A stretch of DNA of 64,000 nt, from the NCBI GenBank assembly GCA_053919585.1, contig CM132802.1. One strand, given 5' to 3'. The translations under genes were made by a program, and so were the position numbers. The DNA is from Euprymna scolopes (lineage: Eukaryota). The notes beneath the pieces are model-generated. The model was not told where the DNA came from. It worked only from the letters and a program-made list of their open reading frames with translations, and searched no databases. Position 1 is the first letter of the stretch. Each line of letters begins with the position of its first letter. Shown here piece by piece: positions 26,349 through 36,358 of this stretch.

Positions 26349-26674
26349 AGAGAGAGAGAGATAGATAGATAGATAGATAGAGAGAGATAGAGAGAGAGAG
26401 AGAGATTAAAATCCTTCGGTATTGACAGAATATGGATACCCACTGCAAGGGTGCCTGCACGTGAAATTTTGTGGCAAGAATTGCACAATTTCCAATCACA
26501 CATCTCCTGAGTCAACATTGTTAAATACCAGTGGCAAGTGGAGGCTCAAGAAAACTAAAAACAATACCGAGATAAGCGGAAAGCACATACATCGCCTAGA
26601 ATTCCCAAATGGTTACCCATCTGGTACTAGCCATGTTCAACGTTGCTTAACTTCGGTGACCTGACTAGAACTGG
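26349..26674 (-). mobile_element. 5S rRNA-derived SINE-like repeat
   Basis: Minus strand ccagttctagtcaggtcaccgaagttaagcaacgttgaacatggctagtaccagatgggtaaccatttgggaattc matches the 5S internal control region (A and C boxes); followed by ~170 bp body and a (CT/CTAT)n tail; 5' end in gap. Confidence 0.65.
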
Positions 26675-26981
26675 NNNNNNNNNNNNNNNNNNNNNNNNNN
26701 NNNNNNNNNNNNNNNNNNNNNNNNNNNNNNNNNNNNNNNNNNNNNNNNNNNNNNNNNNNNNNNNNNNNNNNNNNNNNNNNNNNNNNNNNNNNNNNNNNNN
26801 NNNNNNNNNNNNNNNNNNNNNNNNNNNNNNNNNNNNNNNNNNNNNNNNNNNNNNTAGTCTAAAGAGCTAAGTGTATTTTAATGTAATAGTGAAATTACTA
26901 GTTTAATTAAAATACAGGAAATGCTCGTTGTAATTTAGATATATAATAAGCTCGATAGTTAAATGTCCTAGAGCTAATTCA

Positions 26982-27922
26982 ATATTAAGTAATGTGATTT
27001 ATAATTTTAAAATTTTAAAAAATTTTTAAAATTTAAAAATCAAAATTTAATTAAATTAAAAATCAGTTTCATAAGAAGGAACAACAACAAAGTCAATTAT
27101 CTGTACGATCGTTTCGGAAATCCGTGCTTTTTATTTGTGGTATACATGAAGTCACGTAGAACAATTATACATAATTTTTTTGGTAAGCACGGTCTCCTCA
27201 TCAGCAAATTTAGGAGGATTTCTATTGAATTGAAAAGACACCAAAAATAAACCTAGCATTAAAAGTAAGACAGATGAATCTGAAAAATTGAAGTAAAAGG
27301 TTTGGATTTAAAATTTATAAGAAAATTAATAAGAAAATTGGTATAGGTTAGAGATAGAAATGAGTAGAAAAAATATATTTTTTTTGAATTTACATAATAA
27401 ATTTGATTTAAAAATATATAGATATATAATTACCTTTTGGTTTTTCTTTTTTTGAAAACAGGAACTATATTTAAAGAAGTCATTTAGATGTGTGCTATAG
27501 CTTTTTATTTTATTGAATGATGAATTTTAAAAGGGCGACGCTCGTGCAGTAAATTGTTTCCGTTAGCGTATTTTAATTTAAAGACGCTACAGTTAATATC
27601 TATAGAGAGAGAGAGTATTAATTTTGCAAGTTTTTAAGGGGAGATAATTGTCATGGCTTTATTTATTATTTGATTTACGAGTCTAAGGGCGGTAATTGGT
27701 TTAACTTAATTTATTAAAAAAAAAAAGTAATCTATATTTACTAATGAGTAATTTTTAATGATTTAAGGTGGTTTATATTTATTAAATTTAAACCAACGTT
27801 TATGATTACATGATAGAAGCTCATGTCTTGAATTTACTAGTTTGGTTGTGCTTTTTATATCTTCATATTTTAAAATTTTTAGGGTTTCTTTAGTACATAA
27901 TGTACAAAATTTATCTCCTGGT
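26982..27922 (-). repeat. Inverted copy (~940 bp) of the PLE 3' end
   Basis: Near-identical reverse complement of 29861-30799 with only scattered differences. Confidence 0.95.
27099..27209 (-). ncRNA. Type I hammerhead ribozyme, family 1 (inverted copy)
   Basis: Reverse complement of 30571-30681 with all core nucleotides intact. Confidence 0.8.
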
Positions 27923-30019
27923 ACCGGCAGATAAAACTGGAAATTTCTACACAATGGACTATATACAATATAAAAATCTAATATATAAAGAACTTAATAA
28001 AAATTATAAAACTACTAATAAATCAGCACTAAATAAAATAAATAATGATGCAAAAACATTTTAACTAAACTTAAAATAGATAAATACACAGAAATAACGG
28101 TACCAGGTACCCCGTGATTTACTTTAAAGGACCACAAACACAGCTTCAATATAAACCCTACTATTAGACTCATTTGCCCCTCGAAATCAGATATAGGACT
28201 GGTTAGTAAAAACATATTAGATAGAATTATCCCCAAAATTAAATCCATAATAAAATACCCACTATGGTAATCTTCAAACCAAGTAATCGACTGGTTTTCT
28301 AATATTCAAAATAAAAATAATATTAAATTTCTTTCTTTTGCCATTGAATCATATTACCAATCTATATCACCTATCCTACTTAATAAATCTCTATTAATGG
28401 CACGAAAATTAACTAATATAGCTCAAGACGAAACTAAACTAGTACTTATAGCTAGACAATCTTTAATAACATTTGATAATAAATATTGGACCAGGAAAAA
28501 TACCCCTAACCACTTCAACATTTTAATGGGATCGACGGACTCGACTCAGGTCACTGATCTAGTTGGCCTTTTCCTTTTAAATTAAATACATTGTATACTC
28601 CATAAACAATTCAAACTTGAAGGAGGGCTATATAGAGATGATGCACTTTTCATAACAAATTCTACTAATAAAAATTATGAAAATGCAATTAAAGCTCTAC
28701 ATAAATTATTTAAAAATTATGGACTTAGTATAAAAATCGACCCTAATAAAAAAATTGTTAATTTCTTAGATCTTAAATCTTGAAAATTCTACCTTTGAAC
28801 CATACCATAAACCTAACCAATCACTTCTATATGTCCACAATCAATCAAACCACCCTAAATCAATATTAAAATCAATAGTTCCCAATATCGCTCTAAGAAC
28901 TTCCAGACTGTCTTCTACTAAATCAATATTTACCAAAAATGAAAAATACTATAATGAAGCCCTTAAAAACTCTGGATATAATTCACAAATTAAATTCATA
29001 AATGAAAATGATAGAAACATAAACTGCATTAAAAATAAACCTATTAAGAGCGTAATAACATATAATATGGCAATGTCTTCCCGTATACGAGTTAAGAAAA
29101 ATAACCAGGGGACAAAAAAAGATAAAACCAAACAACAAATGTTAGATAATAATATAAATAAACAACAAACTAAAACCCGCAAACGTAAGAATAGACACAA
29201 GGAGATCCTATGGTTCAACCCCCCGTATTCCAAAAACCTAGAAACAAACATAGCTAGAGAATTTTTAAAAATATTAGATAAGAACTTTAAAGCCCCCCAT
29301 AGATATAATAAGATTTTCAATAAGAACACAATTAAAGTCTCTTACTCTACTATGCCTAACCTTCATCAGAAAATAATTAGCTCTAATAATAATAAAATTA
29401 ATAAACTACAAAATGCAACTATACAAAATACATCGGACTGTAACTGTAGAAGAAAAAATAAATGTCCCCTACAAGGCTCATGTAAAATTAAAAATGTTAT
29501 CTATAGCTGCACCGTATCAAAAACTCCAAATATACAAGAACCTATCTACAGCCATAACTCAACTACCAGATTAAATAATAACACCAACTTAAATCAATCT
29601 ACCGATCAATTATTAACCAACCCACCACATTATAATCCAACAATAGACCTAACGGAAAATAATCATAATAATCAAGAGGTAATATATATTGGTTCCACAT
29701 CTGGCCCAATAAAACATAGAATTTCAACGCACAAACATTCTTTTAAAAATAACTCTCTATCAAACCAAACTACTCTATCCAACTATATTTGGCAACTAAA
29801 AAATAGCAATATTTCTTTCAACTTAAAATGGCAAATAATTGAGACTTGCAAATCATATAAACCAGGAGATAAATTTTGTACATTATGTACAAAAGAAACC
29901 CTAAAAATTTAAAAATATGAAGATATAAAAAGCACAACCAAACTAGTAAATTAAAGACATGAGCTTCTATCATGTAATCATAAACGTTGGTTTAAATTTA
30001 ATAAATATAAACCACCTTA
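27923..30019 (+). pseudogene. PLE reverse transcriptase / GIY-YIG endonuclease ORF (disrupted)
   Basis: ORF pieces 28397-28585 and 29067-29912; CNC...CPL..C, VIY...YIG, CTLC..E, RHE...C.HK; several stops and a frameshift. Confidence 0.9.
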
Positions 30020-30570
30020 AATCATTAAAAATTACTCATTAGTAAATATAGATTATTTTTTTAAAAATAAATTAAGTTAAACCAATTACCGCCCTTAGAC
30101 TCGTAAATCAAATAATAAATAAAGCCATGACAATTATCTCCCCTTAAAAACTTGCAAAATGAATACTCTCTCTCTATAGATATTAACTGTAACGTCTTTA
30201 AATTAAAATACGCTAACGGAAACAATTTACTGCACGAGCGTCGCCCTTTTAAAATTCATCATTCAATAAAATAAAAAGCTATAGCAAACATCTAAATGAC
30301 TTCTTTAAATACAGTTCCTGATTTCAAAAAAAGAAAAACCAAAAGGTAATTATATATCTATATATTTTTAAATCAAATTTATTATGTAAATTCAAAAAAA
30401 TATATTTTTTTTCTACTCATTTCTATCTCTAACCTATACCAATTTTCTTATTAATTTTCTTATAAATTTTAAATCCAAACCTTTTACTTCAATTTTTCAG
30501 ATTCATCTGCCTTACTTTTAATGCTAGGTTTATTTTTGGTGTCTTTTCAATTCAATAGAAATCCTCCTAA

Positions 30571-30681
30571 ATTTGCTGATGAGGAGACCGTGCTTACCAA
30601 AAAAACTATGTATAATTGTTCTACGTGACTTCATGTATACCACAAATAAAAAGCACGGATTTCCGAAACGATCGTACAGAT
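30571..30681 (+). ncRNA. Type I hammerhead ribozyme, family 1
   Basis: Stem I ATTTG/CAGAT, CTGATGA (30576), stem II GGAGACCGTGCTT/AAGCACGG-A-TTTCC, GAAA, palindromic CGATCG, GUA cleavage site at 30676. Confidence 0.82.
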
Positions 30682-30792
30682 AATGGACTTTGTTGTTGTT
30701 CCTTCTTATGAAACTGATTTTTAATTTAATTAAATTTTGATTTTTAAATTTTTAAAAATTTTAAAAAAATTTTAAATTATAAATCACATTAC

Positions 30793-30830
<38 letters not shown>

Positions 30831-32944
30831 AAATATAAGTGGCAATATATATATATAAAACGTGGTTCAAGCTTTGTTCAGCTCTCTTCAGATGGTTTTA
30901 TATAAAAGTTTTCAGAAAAATTTTTGCTAGTTGCTGTTTCTGAGTCAAATGCCAATACGAAACCTGGTGTCACCAGTGAGGCAGGTACAGTGTTATTAGC
31001 CTCGATCCGTGTTCCAATGTTTCTTTACAATGGGATCGCATTTTTCGTTGGCGAATGTGTCTGTTGGCGCTCGGGAAAGACTGCTTCCCCGCCCTGTAGT
31101 CCCCAAATCTCTTATCAAAAGATGAAATTTAAGTAGTAATGAGTTCCAACCGAGTAAAGTATCACAAGGCCCGAATGGTATTAGTACTCAGTAGCGTCCC
31201 TGGTGTTGGTGAGGATGATTTTTATCATGGAATTGACGATATTTTATGCACAATAACACTTGTGTATTATGATTTGGGTATGGCATCAACTTTCACAACC
31301 TTCTTCTGAGAGAGTTGAAGGCTTCTCCTTTCTTCTGCCATAATAACGACACATCTCTGGTGCCAATAATTTCAGTCGTTCGATTGTGTAGAAACGCAAG
31401 TTCGGGAAGTGAGAGCTAATAATATGTCGGAGGACTGTTTGGATAGTCCCGTCTGAACTCCCTGATCAATGAGATGGAAGTCATCTCTGTGTTCAAGCTG
31501 ACCATAGAGGTGTCTTTGAGCGATTTCTTCATTAAGAGATAGGTCGGGTCCAGTTGTCTCTCGTCTCACTCGATTTGGATGATCGGCTAAGTGTTCTCTG
31601 CCCCATATGTAAACGTCGACAGGAGTACAGCCGGGTTTTGAGTTGTTTCAGCCGAACCGTTTGTTTCGCTCGTCGGCAGCTTCAATCATATCTTCTGTTG
31701 TAGCAAGAGCAGATGCCGTCTCTTCTTCTGATCTGTAGTTTTTATGACACAATTTTTACTTTTAACTCCAGGTCATTGAAAGCTAATAGTGTTTAAGCTG
31801 GTTTGAGTTTGGCTTGGGCGATTGTAGCGGCGGCTACGGTAGATGATGTATTGAAGGATCGAAAATAGCGGACAGAATGAATAAAGTTTGACACGTTATC
31901 TGCCATTTTGGGGAGGAAATGTGACTGGTAGTGAAAGAGGCGCGAGACAAATAGCTTCGTTATAATTAAAATACGTGTTTTCTTGTTATAAGACGAACTG
32001 CGTGACACTACTCTATTTACGGAGTATGTCAAACACAAGAAAGTGTCGATTCATCTATCTATTTATCTTACTGGGGAGATGGAGGGGAGATGAATGTGAA
32101 GAATGTAAAAGGCTGTCAAATTATGGTAAATAAAATTGTAGACAAGTTTACCGGTATAGCTGGCCAGCTGATCGGATCTACGTGTATGTCATGTAGACCA
32201 GGTTAGTTGGAGATTATTGAAAGTTGGAATTTGGGCGTTGAGGAGAGTGGACGGTTTAAAGGGTCGTCGCCCACTTCACTGGGAATGAAGCTGACGTGTG
32301 TGAAGTAAGCACGCAGGCAAAGATATCCACTTTCCATGTTTCTGCGATCGAACCTGGAATGTGAATACACACTATATAAAACAAACCAGCGTTCTTGGAA
32401 GTGAATGAGTATTCGTTCAAACAGATTCCAACCTCCCCTTCGAGAACAAGATGAATTCCGGGTGGGAAAGATCAATGGCGCATGAAGGTATATCCAAAAT
32501 ACATGTATCACACGTACACACACATACACACACGCGCGTGCACCCGCATATGAACAATTAGATGTGATTACCACATTAATAGATAGCAACAACATAATTC
32601 TACGGTTAAAATAGTGAAGAAGTCACGACAGATAGTTAGTAACACGTATACACATCTGGAGGAACTCTTTGTCTCAAGTACTCATATCAACATTTATACG
32701 ATTATATTACATACACTGTTTTGATTTCGTCTTGGTACACGATGATATAAAACTGTGAGAGTAGTAACATTCATAGTTCCGACAGACATTGAAATATCAT
32801 TTTGCTATTTTTTTGTTTTAATATGATGTTTCAAGAGTGCATGCATTTCGTGGAAATGTACACAAAACTAAGACAGTAAGCATAAGCTCTCACCAACAAT
32901 TTAGACTCTGAGGCATGAGATATTTTATACGCACATTTTAGGTG

Positions 32945-33075
32945 ATGCTGGGTATGCCCTTAAACCATACCCGATGTTGAGGCCCCAGCTTGGGGCTTTG
33001 AGGAGTGTGGAGTCACCCCTTTATTGCCATTGCTCCCAGGTCCACTCTGACCGGTATAGTAGTACCTGTTCCTAT
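32945..33075 (+). mobile_element. SINE-like dispersed repeat fragment
   Basis: gtggagtcacccctttattgccattgctcccaggtccactctgacc resembles an invertebrate SINE body from memory; single copy in this window. Confidence 0.4.
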
Positions 33076-33982
33076 TTACAATGTCTCATCACAGGACAGA
33101 GTTAGACACCAGGGTCGTTTTCTAACATGGAGAAAAGGAACAAAAATAAAAATTGTCTCAGTCGTGAAGGATTTCTCCTCCATTGAGAAAAAGAAATTGA
33201 AGTGCAGCGTCTGAAGATCAGATACTGCACTTTAATGTTGCCCCGAAGGCCAAGAAATACCTCTTAGGGTCCCAACTATGGATTAAATAGAAACTGACCG
33301 GAAAAAAATATATATATACATATTCCATTAAAAAACTTTTCTTCATAATCACTGGATTCAGCAATAAATGACCTAAAAAGATTGATATGTCGTAAAACAA
33401 AAACAACCAATCAATCCACATTTAGGATAAACGCTGAAAGATCTTAAAAAGCACCTACTTTCAGAAAGTGACGGTGATGGTTAAATAAGACCTTAAATAT
33501 AGTTGTCAATTCATAGGTTCACAAAATACAGAGGGTAAGATTATAAAAAAAAATATTCATAGAAAGAAGAGTATAAGGGTTATGCTGAGTAAAAGCTTAA
33601 CTCGTAGAGGTTGTAAGCCAGTTCAACACGTGGTAAAAAAGTAACCGAAGTTCGTTTATATAAAATAAATGGTACTAAAAATAATGCTTGCATTCCTATA
33701 ATTATGAAGACAAAAGGTAATAATTCTTACTGATCTATCCGAGAATGTCGCGCTAATTAAGGTATAAAAGAAAGAATGTTATGCAGCAACGCGGGAATGG
33801 CTTAAATTATGTTTAAAATAGACACCGGGAGTTTTTAGTCGGTGTAGCGTCAGAAAGAAGTTCGTAACCTAGTAGGGATGGTAAAAGATGAATCAATCTA
33901 TTTTATGCTACATAGAACCCACCGACAATGGGACTTATATATATTAGTCCTCGCGCGAAAGCGCATGGCACAAAATGTTTTA

Positions 33983-34029
<47 letters not shown>
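33983..34029. repeat. (AAT)n microsatellite
   Basis: Seen directly. Confidence 0.95.
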
Positions 34030-34032
<3 letters not shown>

Positions 34033-34628
34033 TGACAAAGTATTTCCCTATCGAGGACTACTATTGAGTGTAACCAGTTATACACTCCTTTTGAAATTTT
34101 CATCACTATTTTTCTCGTTATCTACTGAATATTTGTTAATGAAACCTATATGAAATATGTTCCTTTTTAAATTGTAAAGATTTTCTATTCTGAAAGAAGT
34201 TCAAAAGAATTTAATCTAAAAATGTTATTTCAAAGTTTTTGTTAAAAAAATTCAGATTTTCTCATTATTCAGACATGCATCAAAAAGAGGGAGTGGCAAA
34301 AAGAGTTGTGGTATGATATAGTAAAAAGATTTTGTTTAACAATGTTCATAACTTGGATGAAATGCTTTTCTAACTTGTATATGTATACACATGTAAGCGT
34401 GCTCGATCATTTTCTTCTTTTTTATGTAAATATAAAGGATGTGGAAATATGAAAACAATAGAAACAGTAAAAATGAATGAAGTAATTATGAACGGTTGTT
34501 TTTCAAAGAAATTTGCAAACTAATTACATTTCATCAAGTCGCTCGCATATCCATGACTGCCTACGTTAGTTTGCATACAAAATGTAGAATTTTAATATGA
34601 ATATTAGTGTGTGGAAAAATATAATATA

Positions 34629-35060
34629 CTGTGTGTCCATAAAGTTACTATACAGTCTTATTGTTTTATGGTATTATATTTGTATTAATAGCTAATATTT
34701 ATTTTTACAGGTTTATTTAATCAAGCATGCCACGCAAGCTAACTTTGTAAGAGCGCAAATTTATTTTGAAGCGATATTGGAAAACAGAAAACGCACAGGA
34801 TGTAATTCGTAATTGGAATCATTATTTTAATACATATCCTCCAACACGTTTGGCTATTTATAAACTTCGAGACAAATTTGATGATACTGGCTCCGTTGCC
34901 GATGCATTGGAGCTGAAGGCTTCCAATTTGAATATTTGTTTGTTTGCCTTGATTGTTACAGTCTTTTCGGATGTAACACGTGTATTTTCTGAGATTTTTA
35001 TAAACATAAAGGTGTTATTTCTTTTTATTTCTTTTGTTACAAATAAATAATTTAATACAC
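34629..35060 (+). mobile_element. Internally deleted Tc1/mariner element (DUF4817-like HTH N-terminus)
   Basis: MPRKLTL*ERKFILKRYWKTENAQDVIRNW...PPTRLAIYKLRDKFDDTGSVAD; TA|CTGTGTGTCCATAAAGT TIR-like start. Confidence 0.7.
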
Positions 35061-35437
35061 TATCTTACTGTACTGTTAATATATTACAGGGTGTCTGCAT
35101 AGTAACTTGTAAGACTGTANNNNNNNNNNNNNNNNNNNNNNNNNNNNNNNNNNNNNNNNNNNNNNNNNNNNNNNNNNNNNNNNNNNNNNNNNNNNNNNNN
35201 NNNNNNNNNNNNNNNNNNNNNNNNNNNNNNNNNNNNNNNNNNNNNNNNNNNNNNNNNNNNNNNNNNNNNNNNNNNNNNNNNNNNNNNNNNNNNNNGCCCA
35301 TGGAATCTACTTTCATTTTGTCCCCATACATGACGTCATATATGGCATCATGCATGACGTTATCTGCTATTATATCATACATAGTATGTATGATATGACG
35401 CCATTGTGAACAAACAAACAAACAGAATTACATATTT

Positions 35438-35500
<63 letters not shown>

Positions 35501-36134
35501 TTGGGGTGCATGTAATACCAGTTCTTGATGGATAACTGAAGAAAAGAAAATATGAGCCTGGACATTACAAGACGGATAAACGTATGGAAATACTATGCGC
35601 TATATGTACTGCCCCAAGACGTGGAAATCTGAAGGTGTGTATTTAGAGGCGGGTGTAATTTACTGGGAGAGATGCATTCCTAATCTTTGTTAAGAAATAT
35701 ATCTAGTGGCAATTTTTTTTTTTATATAAAACCTTAGAAAAATTGTTCGCTTTATAAATTGTAGTCATTCTACCGACAAGGATTATCAGTTAAGCAACAA
35801 TTAGGTTCGTTCTGCTCAAAGCTTTCATTACTATAAGCAAATCATATATATGGACTTAGATTTTTTAGAAGTGCATATACCTCGAAATGAACGGGTGAGT
35901 CCATTATGAATTACGGACCGTTAGTTGGTTTATTTGCGAAGATTTTCTAGTGTAAGTGGTATATATCGCTGGTTTGTTTAATAAATGTTCTTGTGTCGCT
36001 GGTATATCGCTTTTTCAGTGTAATCTGGGTTGGTTGTGTTTATCGGCGTTATAATTAACTAGGTGTCCAAATCAAACAACTCAATAATAACTCCGAAATC
36101 ATCGTTTTATAAACGAGAATAATTATTCATAATA

Positions 36135-36338
36135 CCAGGTGACCCAAAAAACAGAGGGCATTCAATATTTTTTTTAGCATTTTACAGTCAACGAAGAAAA
36201 AAGGCAAAACACCCTAGTGGTTGATGTGATGTTTTGAATATAATAAACTAGTTATGACCAAAGTTTCATTTCATTCGGACAAAACACTAAGAAACGGGGC
36301 CTAATTAGAATTTAGGTCCATTTTTTGGGGTCACCCTG
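36135..36338. mobile_element. Tc1/mariner-type MITE
   Basis: TA|CCAGGTGACCCAAAAAA...TTTTTTGGGGTCACCCTG|TA. Confidence 0.8.
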
Positions 36339-36358
36339 TATATTCAGAGCACACTTTA

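Larger units (their letters stand above)
26982..30799 (+). mobile_element. Penelope-like retroelement, 5'-truncated, with inverted 3' duplication
   Basis: RT motifs PADKTGNFY, TLKDHK, MGSTDSTQVTDLVGL, GLYRDD (28631), WFNPPYS; GIY-YIG region; 26982-27922 is the reverse complement of 29861-30799. Confidence 0.92.

Noticed and set aside
26576-26674. Functional 5S rRNA gene
   Set aside because: Too many substitutions and indels, no oligo-T terminator, and it continues into a SINE-like body.
28949-29329. Antisense 126-aa hydrophobic ORF
   Set aside because: Shadow frame of the A-rich PLE ORF.
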